Source: Octopus vulgaris (taxonomy: Eukaryota). Taken from it: DNA of 64,000 nucleotides. The stretch spans positions 71,424,001 to 71,488,000 of the forward strand of contig OX597817.1 in assembly GCA_951406725.2 (NCBI GenBank). The letters are read 5' to 3'. The notes below the pieces were generated by a model. It worked only from the letters and a program-made list of their open reading frames with translations, searched no databases and was not told the origin of the DNA. The position numbers were made by a program, and so were the translations under genes. This document shows positions 39,801 to 52,000 of this stretch, in pieces. Numbering within the stretch: position 1 is the first letter of the stretch; each line of letters opens with the position of its first letter.

Positions 39801-39971
39801 TCAGATAAAGAAGAGGTTTCATTTTCGGGTGCCATAACCAGATACATCTGACCATTGACATTTTTGGTGCACAACCGAAGAGATTTATCATCATCAGAGT
39901 CAAAGTCAGTTGCATCTGTTTCTTCTTTTAATTTCTTACTGTCTTTATTTTTAGCCTTCATTTCAAGTTTC
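33802..39971 (-). CDS. Giant (~6.1 kb) coding exon of an uncharacterised S/T/P-rich, probably disordered nuclear protein (~2,050 aa), interrupted by one +1 frameshift near 37850
   Basis: Two long stop-free ORFs (736 and 1334 aa) overlap and have the same composition. Acceptor TCTTTATTTTCAG|G at 39972 (phase 2). Removing one base from the A7 run at 37849-37855 fuses them (..AKSKKLFPRPLAPKTEISTVISP..). The exon ends at stop 33802 or at donor GTAAGA 33836. It contains no microsatellites or TEs, unlike its flanks. Confidence 0.85.
35160..35560 (-). repeat. Coding 27-bp (9-aa) tandem repeat, core xNSxQTDxx
   Basis: INSSQTAFG EISTQTDFV ENSTQINYG ENSCQTDCE VSSNQTDYG ENSSQTDFE AGSSQKELG VNSCQTDNG ANSKQAVYK VNLIRPAQE VNLIRPAQE VNSTKSAVE. 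Confidence 0.9.
35600..36202 (-). repeat. Coding 30-bp (10-aa) tandem repeat KP(M/V)VSSLADI, about 20 units decaying toward the C-terminus
   Basis: ACCA(T/C)TGGTTTTATGTC(A/G)GCTAATGATGAA is near-perfect about five times at 36040-36200, followed by degenerate KPxVxS units. Confidence 0.9.
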
Positions 39972-42441
39972 CTGAAAATAAAGATAATTGCCATTAATGG
40001 TAATGATGATGTAATTGTTTATTAAGGATGAAACAGCAGATATTTAGGAGAAAGATTTTTAGTGCGTAATAACAATAATGATTTTGTATATGGGTACATG
40101 GAGTGAGGATGTTGAAGACAGAACAAGAACAAAATGTAAAAACTTCAGGGATTTACATCAGGTAAAAAGTTGAGAACAACAATAAAGTGACATTAATAAA
40201 TAATAAAGAACAAAATAACAAATATACTCAAAATGGCAAAATTGGAGTCAATCTGATTGGGGATACTCAAACAAATTTGAATTACCCTGACATAAAGGCA
40301 AGTATCTTTTCCAACCTACAGCCATATAATTAAGTTGTAAATCCATTTAGTCACAATAATTCAGGTGCTCTTACACACCTTTCAAACAATTTACTAGAGG
40401 GTAACACTTGACTTGCTACCCTCACTTTCTTTTTCAAATAGTTGTAGGGAGCTTGATCTGAAAGGAAAAACTGCTTACAAACCTTTTAAGCATGTCCTCT
40501 AGACAATCTTATCAGGTAGAAGAAAACAACTGGCTCTTCTCTGCCACAAGATGACATTGGATTGATTTTCACAGTAGACTGAGCTAATAGCTGAATCTGT
40601 CCAACGAATGATATCAGTTGTTTGACATATCACAACTCAAAAACAGTGAGACACTAACTGAGTGTTGCACTAGAGGGTTTTTCCCACTCTACATGCATCT
40701 TGGACATGTTTAGTTACTGGCAGCTTACCTCAGTCCAGTGAACACCTGACAATACTCCTGATGCCAAATGTCAAGCCTCAGTTTGCACTTAACCCAAGAA
40801 TACAGTTTGGCCCCCAAAAAAAGATATGGAAAAAGCATATCTTTCAATGACCACGTCTAGGCACAGTTGCCACTCAGGCATTTCTGTAAATGTTGCAACC
40901 TTCATGCATTATCAGCTTTGGAATCCCAAGATCCAATGGAATAAATGCTGATAATAGGATTCCTGATCAGTTAAACTTACTCTTTCTAGAAGAAATGAAA
41001 AGACACATGCTTCAATTCAGTCAGATGTTTCCAGGAACATAAGTAGATGTTAGCCATCACTACATAATCTTTTAGGCCCAAATTTCTGTTTCCATTTCTG
41101 ACAGAGACTGGCCACTCTGCTCCCAACTTCTTCAAAATTTATTCACTTGGAGAATTGAACTGAACTAGACTGAATACTTTAATGCTCAAAATAGCATATG
41201 ATAAGAATCCACCTAACAATATGTATTTGTCAGTCCTATAACACTTTAAACTGCCCGACTCACAATGCTCTTATTTTTATTTATTTTAAGGTGAAGTTAT
41301 GCACTCTCTCATATAAAAGAGTACTGTAAAGTCTGCTATTAAAATCAAAGCATGTGTTATGGAATTTTTATGGTTTATTTTCAAAGTATTTTACATCAAA
41401 TCATAATATATGATTCTAAGAAAGCTTACTTGTAAATTTCATAAGGAAAATGTAGGGACATGGTGTACCTATTCTAAAAACCAAGATATAGTCAATTTTA
41501 TATATTTATTATAGCTTTAAAATGAATGACTTTTATATTTTTGTGGCATTTGATCCACATAATCTTCACTTTCAAAAATACTAAAATTGAATACATGGGA
41601 AAAAAGATTAATTTTCACTTTTCACAATAATGATTTCTAACATAGGAATAAAACCCAAATACAAACATGAAATTCATAAATGACAGTACAATTATATCAG
41701 AGACGCATGCATAAACACATATTCCCTCATAGATAAAGGCATATGCACACACATAAATGAATAGATACATAATGTACATGCTAAATCTCAAGGATGTAAT
41801 TGGTGAAGTTTGCTATGACTAGTAATGTTACATTGGTCAAATAATTATAATTTTCAAATTTCATTGTGCTTACTCAAAATAATGAAACATACGAATTTTT
41901 CAAAAACAAATTTCTTATTTGTATATTTGCAATAAATATGTAATAAAGATATTATCAATAACAATAATGTTTCACAATCAATTACACAGATAACATGTTA
42001 ATTCCATATATATTATTAGCATGACCAAGCAACCTACAATGAAGATTATTACCACTGAGGACTGATATTTCATATATTATCTCTCCTCACAGACACATAC
42101 AGGTTTATAGAAGCATAACTTAAAAGTTAGTAAATATCAAAATTTTTCTCCTTGTCATATATATATATATATATATTATCATCATCGCTTAACATCCACT
42201 TTCCCTGCTGGCATAGGTTGGACGGTTTGACTGAAGCTGGGGAACTGCACCAAATTCCAATCTGATTTGGCAAGGTTTCTATGGCTGGATACCCTTCCTC
42301 CAAGAGTGCAGTGGGTGCCTTTTATGTGCCAATGGCACAAGTGCCAGCATCAGCCACAACCATGATCATGCTAGAACAGTGCTTTTTACCTGCCACCAAC
42401 ATGATACTATTTTTGTTAAAGAATAAGATTATATATATATA

Positions 42442-42816
42442 CTAGCAGTATCGCCCGGCGTTGCTCAGATTTGTAAGGGAAATAACTATAAAGCATTTTT
42501 AGAGAGTTATAGCCAAAAAACAGGAAAAAAATGATGGTAAATTTTTTTTTGAGATTTAAAAAAGGTGGAGTTGCGTCCCCTAGACAATTTGTGGTTCGTA
42601 TTCCTGATTCTCGACCCCATGTCGAATTTATCGATTTTTTTCAGAACTGGGGGAACTTTTCAAAATTTTCGCTGCGTTAGTTTTGAATTATGACATTGGG
42701 CTATGTGTGTGTCAAGTTTCATCAGAATCGGTTGAAAGCCGTGGTCAGGGTGAGGGTACAAGCAAACAGACACACAGAAACACGCACAGACAAACTGCCG
42801 TTTATATAGAGAGAGA
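42442..42816 (-). mobile_element. Non-autonomous Helitron sharing its 3' end with the 5038 element
   Basis: - strand A|TCTCTCTCTATATAAACGGCAG...TCTGAGCAACGCCGGGCGATACTGCTAG|T. Confidence 0.8.
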
Positions 42817-42959
42817 TATATAACAAAGTTTGAAAACTTAGAATGGCAAAGGATAGAAGCTTGAGTCTGAAATAAGTGTAAGTCCCCAGTGACATAAAAA
42901 AAACTGTGTAGAACACAGCTCTCTGTGACGTTTACCATATTCTAAGTGAAATTACAAAA

Positions 42960-43317
42960 TGAAAATATCCACACAGAAACCGCTAAGTGACGGGGACGTG
43001 AACACGCCGGCGTCGGTTGTCGGACGATGCTGGGGGGACAAACACAGACACACGAACACACACATACATATATATATACATATATATACGATGCCAGATC
43101 CCTCTGGCACCTGTGCAGGTGGCACGTAATAAGCACCCACTACACCCGCGGAGTGGTTGGCGTTAGGAAGGGCATCCAGCTGTAGAAACACTGCCAGATC
43201 AGACTGGAGCCTGGAGCAGCCCCTGGCTCCCCAGACCCCGGCTCCCCAGACCCCGGTCGAACCATCCAACCCGTGCTAGCGCGGAAAACGGACGTTAAAC
43301 GATGATGATGATGATGA
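42960..43317. mobile_element. SINE family B fragment (-) abutting a SINE family C 3' half (+)
   Basis: AACCGCTAAGTGACGGGGACGTGAACAC.., then GTGGTTGGCGTTAGGAAGGGCATCCAGCTGTAGAAAC..GGACGTTAAACGATGATGATG. Confidence 0.75.
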
Positions 43318-45069
43318 AGGTAATAGACATATTAGTAAAAATAGAAAAAAAAAAAAGAGAGATAAAGAAGCAGCATCACTGTGATGCCAAGAATCACTCA
43401 ATGGCTAAACACAATTACGTTTTCAAATTTGTTGAAATCTGGCATAAGGGATAGATTTAGGAGAAGAAAATAAACTAAAACATGATAAACAAGTTTTTCA
43501 GCTAAATCCAACCAAACAGTTGTAAAATTACAAGTGATGTTATTTTCAGGTCAAGTGTTGACATGGCATTTTTCAAAATGTCATAAATTTTTCTGTGACT
43601 GTAGCTTAATTAAAGGAAGTATACGTATATATTTGGAATCAGAATGATTTGAAGATTTGAAAATTGCCATTGTTTTTGGAGTAGGATGAAAAACAAAATT
43701 TATTTTATTAATAAATGAATATCAGAGGTGATCATTTGACATCTAGCACACTGAAGTTCAGAAAAATTCGATATCGACAAAAATGTTCCCCTATAATTTC
43801 TTAAGTATAATTAACCATTTAAAAAAATGTATGTGTATAGGACATTACATATAACTTTGTGGCCTAGTAGTAAGGGTGTTGCACTCACAATGGCGAGATC
43901 ATGGTTTCAGTTACTGGACTGGGTGTTGCATTGTTTTCTTGAGCAATATCTTCATCTCACGTTACTCAGTGATAACTTTGACATCTGGCGTGGCATATCA
44001 TGCAACCATAGAGGCAACATTGATTTGATGGAGGGAGTGAACTCAATGTACAGCACAAACATTTGATCACTATAAATAAAGCATTTGTACAGGATGTTCA
44101 GCAGCAAATTGTAGAACCCCCATCTGTTATGTACCACAGGAGAGCCCACAACATGAGATTTAGTAATATCCACTTTTAGTATTCTTTCTACTATAAACAT
44201 CTAATTCCACCTTATCTCATGATTTTGACATCTGACAGCTAGATGGATAGTATATAAAAAGATTTCTACAGATATATACCTATGTACTGTATACATTATT
44301 ACAATATTATTATTTGGTTTTTGTTCATACATTATTTTGTATATTATTTTGGAATAGTGTCTTTATTGATTTTCATGTTATTTCCCATATCCCACCACTC
44401 CACACTATTTTGTACTGTCATATTTATTTTGTAATGATACAATGAAAGACTATTGACTATTTCATAGTACTTAACTTCTTACAAAATGTCTCAAACTAAA
44501 AAATTTAGCTTGGATCTAATAAAGAAAAAAAGAAAACTATATAAAGATGTAAAGAAATTTAATAAGGCCTTTATTCTTAGATGTCTTGGGCTATTATTGA
44601 AAGAAAATTCTCTGTTGCATATAAATTGTCAGACATAGATATCAAAGGAACTGCATATTTTTAAATAATCAGCAAAGAAATATGACTCACCATAGGAAAA
44701 AAACAATTACTTCAAAGAATCTGCACAATTTTCCAAAGACCTACACACTTTGTGAGAATATTCTTATCTACTTGTCCGATAAAAACTAGTAAGGTGTTTT
44801 TCATAGAAATAAAAAAATATTAAATATCTATTATGTTGTCTATCTAATGATGATTAAATAAACATTAGTACACTGAATAATATTAGAATAAACCTAGTTT
44901 TATTCCAAGAATGTGATAAAACAGCTTCAATAAATTACACTCATGGTAGTCTATGTCTACAATGTTCACAGTCGGTATGACCCCTAAGCAGAAGACAAGA
45001 CATAAAACCTCCAAACTGTTTTGAGGACAACAAAGAAAATGAAATGATCTATAAGGTTGATATTCATTT

Positions 45070-45550
45070 TATTAAGCGGGGTGCAAAGAGCACCATACGA
45101 GTGTGATCGTTAACAGAGTGGCTATTCGAGTATGATCGTTACCAGCATCACCTTACTGGCACCTATGCCTATGCTTGTAGGCTGCCAAGAGCACTATCCA
45201 AGCGTGATCGTTGCCAGAGCAGCCAACTGACTTCCTTACCCGTGGCACGTAAAAGGGCACCATTCGAGCATGATCATTACCAACGTCGCTTCACTGGTAC
45301 CTGTGCCAGTGGCATGTGTAAAAAGATTCGAGCGAGGTTGTTGCCAGTGCCACCTGACTGGCCCCGTGCCGGTGGCACGTAAAAAGCACCCACTACACTC
45401 TCGGAGTGGTTGGCGTTAGGAAGGGCATCCAGCTATAGAAACTCTGCCAGATCAAGATTGGCACCTGGTGCAGCCATCTGGCTCGCCAGCCCTCAGTCAA
45501 AATCATCCAACCCATGCTAGCATGGAAAGTGAACATTAAACGATGATGAT
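45070..45550 (+). mobile_element. SINE family C with internal tandem subunits
   Basis: Repeated CGAG(C/T)(G/A)TGATC(G/A)TT(A/G)CCAG units, then GGAGTGGTTGGCGTTAGGAAGGGCATCC..TTAAACGATGATGAT. Confidence 0.75.
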
Positions 45551-46049
45551 ACCTTGAACTCTACTTGGGAACTCTAATATAAATATACACACACATTTAC
45601 ATAGTAATATGTACAACAATATCTATATACACATATATGCATAAATAATAATAAGTCGATAAGAATGTTGAGGTCATGGTAAGAAATTATTAGCTTAGTT
45701 CCACTCCGAATATAGATTCTATAGAGCTTATCATTTGAGCTCCAACTGCCTGATTTGGTATATAGTATAGATCCAGTTTGATTTTTATAAAATAAGTCCT
45801 CCAAATTTACCTATTTATATTCATTCTTTTACTGGTTTCAGTCATTAAACTAATAGTATCATGGAATGATTTATTCTGGAAAGCATTCAATACTAAAAGA
45901 GTAAGATAGTTGAGGTGACTAAGTAGTTGTAATTGTAAGGAAGAGGTGTAGTAATAGTAACAGACAAGGAGACGGGAGAAAGAGTAATTCCATATTAAGT
46001 AGCATGACATTTTTAGCATGATCAAGCAACTAACAACGATTATTATTAG

Positions 46050-46365
46050 TATGAGATCTTGCCTTCTCATTTCTCTGCGAGCAGCGATCCTTCGTCTCTC
46101 AACCTGTCTTCTAATCTCCTTCTCTTCTTCAGTCATTTGGGATCGCCTGATTGCAATTCTTCGTGCATTTTGTTCCCTCCTATGTTGAAGTTGCTCTTTT
46201 GATAAATGCTGTAAATATTCAGTATTTTGAATTCTCTTTCTTTCTCTGCTTTCATGCCTTTCATTTGCTCTATATCTGCGTGCACGCTCAGCTTTCATTT
46301 CTTTCTCTTGCTAGTCGAGTTTTCCTCTCTTCAGATGTCTCATAATCCATGTCTTCTGACTTCAT
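46050..46365 (-). pseudogene. Frameshifted R/E-rich helical-repeat ORF resembling STPR-type repeats
   Basis: MKSEDMDYETSEERKTRLARE / (+1) KAERARRYRANERHESRERKRIQNTEYLQHLSKEQLQHRREQNARRIAIRRSQMTEEEKEIRRQVERRRIAARRE. Confidence 0.5.
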
Positions 46366-46939
46366 GAAAAAGAGTTTTAAGTTCGAATGTGAGTTAGTAA
46401 AGGCAGCATTTAATTAATTTATTTACATATGCCTTATACTATAGAAAATTTTGAAAAATGAAGAGCACGGGCATTTTTTTTATATGGTGAAGAAGGAAAG
46501 GTACTGGATTTAAAATTTTCATTATGTATTGTCAGATTTAGTCTAAATCTCAAAAAAATCTTTCCCCAATAACAATCATTGAGTAATTACTGATTATTTC
46601 CATGAGTAATTTAACATGAATAAATGAAAATATAATTAAGTAAAAATTTCCAATTTGTTAACTATATATAACGATGATGTTATCAATCTATATTATTATT
46701 CTGCTTTCCAGAGCATGCGTTTAAGTGTCATGATGTAAACAACTTTAAATGGAATAAAAACACTATGGAATAAAAACAGAGATATAATTTAAGTCTCTAG
46801 CATAGTGATACAATGTTATGAAGATAAAATTTTATCCATGGAAACAATAATACTGCTTCACTCTCAGTTACAAATCTAATATATGAAGTAGAATGACCAG
46901 GTTATGCATGTAAATATGTTGAAAATAAAGACTTCTCTA

Positions 46940-47310
46940 ATGGAAGGATCTAAGCCTCTCTCTCCAAGTGAAAGGCAGATTGTGTATGAACAGCAATGCT
47001 ACATGGTACTGCAAAGTGAGTAGAAAGAAATAAAGCAAGCATACTCCACCGGATGTGCAATGTCATGTACATGTATGACAAAGGGCAAATGTATTGAAAG
47101 AAAAATTGAGTGTAATAGGAGTCAGTATATTGTGCAAGAGAGAAGACTGCATTGGTATCATCATGCAATGCATATGGAATTTGTGGAAGGGGAGACGCAG
47201 GGAAAAGTAGCAAAACCAAGCATGTGACATTGAACCAAATGGAGATGATAAAAGACCAAGAGGATTGGTGATTTGCTGCCTTGAAAAGATCCATCCATCT
47301 AGGTAAATTA
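46940..47310 (+). mobile_element. Decayed RTE-clade LINE fragment
   Basis: VKGRL..CV.TAMLHG...RNKASILHRMCNV..VQERRL motifs; a second fragment lies at about 62050-62260. Confidence 0.6.
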
Positions 47311-48939
47311 TCACTTTATTTTCCACTCAATATCCTTTTCCTATGACTTTATCCATAACACTCTCTCATACCTGCTATCATTTTCAACACCTTCTCCATC
47401 TTTGTTCATCATTCACTATACTCACCCTATGCATCATTCTCACATCTGTCCCTGTGCATCCATCTTTTTCACCCTATAGTTCGTTTTAGCTCCCCATTTC
47501 TCACCTATCTATGGTTTTATTATACTCCCACTCTCCATTCCACTTTTTTGTGCTGCCACTTATCTCCTCTTTTTCCCGGACCAACTCCTATTTCTTTCAC
47601 CTACAACCCCCAAACTGATATCCACCATTGAAAATGCCTCCATTCCTACTAACTGTTCACTACATTTATTTCTATCTCCATCTCTAAGCATCAATCTTTC
47701 ACCTTGCACACTTTTGCAAACCTTCCCACGTCCTTATTCTCTCTTACATTCACTTTCTTATACCTTGAAGGTATGCCCTGACAACTTATCATCACCATCT
47801 TTTTCTCCCTTTCCAAATGGGGTAGGCATGTATCTCCTCCACAACAAGACACCTGTTTCTGTCCCCCTATCATACTTTAGCCTCATAATACCTAGCAAAA
47901 AGCTAACTCCCTCAATACTACACCTCCACTCAGTTGAGTGGGTCTTGCTTTGCAAGTTACTAGGTGACCCCATTAGTGCCGGTGCCATGTGAAAAGCACT
48001 CCGTACTCTCTATTAAGTGGCTGGCATCAGGAAAGGCATCTAGCTATAGAAATGATACAAAAATAGGCAATGGAGTCCTGTGGTTCATCAGATCCTGTCA
48101 AACAATCCAAACCATGCCAGTAGGGAAGATGGACATTAAATGTATTTCTTTACTGCCCACAAGGGGCTAAACATAGAGGGGACAAACAAGGATAGACAAA
48201 GGGATTAAGTCGATTACATTGACCCCAGTTGGAAACTGGTACTTTATTTATCGACCCCGAAAGGATGAAAGGCAAAGTCAACCTCGGCGGAATTTGAACT
48301 CAGAACGTAACGACAATGGACATTAAATGATGATGAGGACACTGACAGTGAAAACAGTATTATTACGGTAAACTTAAAATGCTGTTGACAATGGGCATTC
48401 TTATCATAAAGCAAATTACAGGTAAAGGAGTGTTAGATCTTTAATTTTAATCATGCGTTATGTTTGGTCTGAATTCTAAATATGCACGACATAATGGTTT
48501 CTAATCTAGGCACAAGGCCAGCAATTTTGAGGGGAAGGAAGTTAGTCAATACTAACAGATACAAGGTTGGTACTTCATTTCATTTATCACAAAAAGGTGA
48601 AAGGCAAAGTTTACTTCAGCATTCAACTCAGGATGTTAACAGCAGGAACAAATACTGCAAATCTTGTTTTCCCTGATTTTGCACTAATGATTTTGCTAGA
48701 TCTAGCATAATAATTGCACACAAGGTACATAATCATCATCATCACCATCTAATGCCGGTTTTCCATGCTAACATGAGATGGATGTCTTGACAGGAGCTGG
48801 CAAGGTCAGAGGCAACATCAAGTTCCATAGTCTGTTTTGGTTTGGTTTCTACAGCTAGATATCCTTCCGAACACCAACCACTTTACAGTGTATAGTGGGT
48901 GCTTTGTACATAGCAGCATCACTAGTGTTTTTTTACATG

Positions 48940-49080
48940 GCACCAGCACCAGTGCTTTTCACGTGACACCAGCACCAGTGCTTTTCACGTGACACCAGCA
49001 CCAGTGCTTTTTATGTGGCACCAGCACCAGTGCTTTTCACGTGACACCAGCACCAGTGCTTTTTATGTGGCACCAGTACC
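48940..49080. repeat. 26-bp tandem repeat, about five copies, inside a SINE family C copy
   Basis: CACCAGCACCAGTGCTTTT(C/T)A(C/T)GTG(A/G) repeated. Confidence 0.85.
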
Positions 49081-52000
49081 AACAATGTAAATTAAAATGG
49101 CAGTTAAGCACAAAAATGTTAAATCCATTTTCAGTATATTTCATGAGGTGTCAACATTTTTGGTGAACACTTATGACCTGTTCACTGGCACAGTTCTACT
49201 GCAGATGTCGTAAAGCCTGAAAATAGTCAGTTCTTATACGTTTCAGTTCTATATCCATTTGTTTCTTTGGTGTTAAATTAAGAGACAAAGGATTAGTTTT
49301 AGTCATATTGGTTGACATAGACAACTTCATGACATGCTATGCTTAGTCACTTTCAGGTTTTATTCTTTTGCCTGTCATCATCATTCCACTTGTGTTTCTC
49401 TGTGTATACATACACGCACACACGTGTGTGTGTGTGTGTGCATGCATGTGTCTGCATGCATAGACTTTATCATTTAAATTAACTTTAGTTCTGATTTATG
49501 CCAATATTCCCAGATTAACTCATGTCTATTTGCTTACCACTTTCTTTGTAACAACACATTTAAAATAATATAATCTACACAGAAGAAATCTAATTTCTAT
49601 ACACTTTTTTCTACTATACAGAAATATACTTATATACCTCATATGATGAAGAAGTAGACATAAATTCTAAAACTAGAAGAGAAAGACAAGAAGAAAAAGA
49701 CAAAAAGAGAGAAGACATGATGATCAAAAGAAATGAGCTGGAATGTGACTAATTATAACTCACCAATGACTGATGTCGTGAGGTCAAAGTCAATCAATAA
49801 ATCTATATTTGAAGGAAAACGAAAACAAAAGAATAAAAGAAACTGAGGCCTGTAAGAACTGGCCTTTAACAAACTTTCAAACAGCTGCGGTTACATGACA
49901 AACATTTCGATAAATTCACTTTTAATTTGATGAAGTAACAAGTTTTGTGTGTTATTAGATGATTAGAATGACACTTTCAATTGCTTCAGTTTCAATACAT
50001 CTTGGATCAAGTCATCCGATCAGCAAATATATTTCCTATATTAAAATAAATATCTTATTCGTAATAAATTTGGAATAAATATGTCAAAATTAAATGATAA
50101 ATTTCTCATTTGTAGATTTGCAATAAACATTATCAATAACATTAAGACTGTTTAACTATCAATTAATTACAATTGTAACATATTGATTCCATAAAAGTGT
50201 TGCATGGTGTTTTTTGAATGACCAGGCAACTAACAATTATTTGTATTGATTTAATGAATAACGAAGTTAAACATGTGCTAGTTTGTTGGATATACGCTGT
50301 GTTGTGCTAACATGAGTGAGTATTCACATGTAAAAATATAAAAACATATATCCTCTAAATATATTGGGTGTGAAACCAATAGTCCTTAGCTTAACAACAG
50401 CTACTGTTATCACTACTTATTCAGTGGATTTCATCTAATCTTAGCTATTCATCAGCTGCTTTTGAAGACACTGGCAGAGAAAAATATGGAAGCATTATAT
50501 CTACAGCAAATATAAAAACACGTCCAATTGTCCATCAATATGAAATTTCCAACTTCCATCCAATCCAGTTAGACTGAATCAAAGCTGTATAAACCACCTT
50601 ACTTCAAAACCACTTCATAAACACACACACATATATACATGTAAAACAAAGTTTTTATTTGTCCAATTGGGTACAATTATTTTGTTATTTGTTCCACATA
50701 ATAATTCTTTGATATATGAATGTCTAGCTTTTCCTCTAGCATTATCACTGGAATACAAAAAAAATTTAATGAAACAAACAAATAAATAAAGTAGTAAATC
50801 ATTTATCATTCCCTCACACACACACGTTTATGCAAACACAGACACACAACAAAATGTTTAAACAACTGCCAAATATTCTGACCAGAACCTTCCATCTTTT
50901 CCGTGTAAATAAATCAATAAAACATCTCCACCATCTACGTGAATGTTAGTGTCTTTTATCACTTCATATCACTAACCATATATTCTGCATATTTATGTTA
51001 ACTACAACAACAAAGCAAGAAACATTGAAGGGATGGGGTATACAAGTGTATGGTGGTGCTGCAGCCGAAGATGAAGACGGTTCCAATATTTCAAGCATAC
51101 AAGTTAGTTCATCAGATATATATTTCCTCTCCTCCACCATTTATTCAGAACATTTTACTGCCATAAACCAAATGACAAACACAACAAAATAGAACTCACA
51201 CAAATAGCAATGAAATCCATAAATCAACCATTTTCACATCAAATCAGTTTTGTGTTGCTTTTTGCATTATTATTATCATTAGTAGTAGTAATAGTAGTAC
51301 TAGTACTAGCAGCGGTAGTATTGGCACACTCTGATAAGATCACTCTCTTCATCATGCAGTCCACACACAACACTACCATTCCAGACAACTCCACCTAAAA
51401 CCATTAACTGTGTAATATTTCCTACAGCTTTCATCTAACTCATTACCATCACTACAACTTAGTTAAAAACTGATGCCCCAATTTCATTTGTTATGTTTTT
51501 GTTGCCACAATCTAAATTAAAAAAAAAAAATTTATCTTAGCTTTATATTGATACTCAATTTATGGAGTCATTACATACACCTGGCAATGCTGCCATTTTA
51601 TATTCTCTCCTATAATTTTCTTTAATCTGTTAATGAAATTACAATTACATATGTTAGTGAGGGATAGTTGTGCTGGTTGGTTCATGATTTAGTAAGATAT
51701 TTGCAAGTGAAAATTTGTCAGCAGCCCAGCCATTTTTTTTTTCTGAGAGGAGTGAGAGACAATCAGTTTGTATGTAACAATTGTTTCCTAAAAATGGAAG
51801 CTATATCTTGAAGGATGGAAAAGTATTTAGGCCCAGGTCAATGCTAGCTAAGTAGACAAAATTCAGGCTGTGACTACCCACCCTTGTCAGAAGTATCCAA
51901 TACTGTTATCCAATGTTCTTCCTTTTGGTATAATGTGATCTGAGGGGAAATTTTGCTGCTATTTCTACATTGTAAAGGTTAGTATGTGCAAAAGTGCCCT

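Noticed and set aside
39972-39994. MAIIFIFR as the protein start, and GTG at 37806 as the start of a second gene
   Set aside because: The first is intronic acceptor sequence. The second lies inside a continuous exon with no promoter or splice evidence.
40975-41010. 5-nt micro-exon TTTTCATTTCTTCTAG-AAAGA-GTAAGT on the - strand
   Set aside because: The splice motifs are good, but chance occurrence in a long AT-rich intron cannot be excluded without junction reads.
44690-44745. Exon ending at a GTGAGT donor (VFGKLCRFFEVIVFFL)
   Set aside because: The acceptor lacks a polypyrimidine tract and the peptide is unconvincing.
48940-49080. CRISPR-like array
   Set aside because: Contiguous tandem units without unique spacers, inside a eukaryotic SINE.
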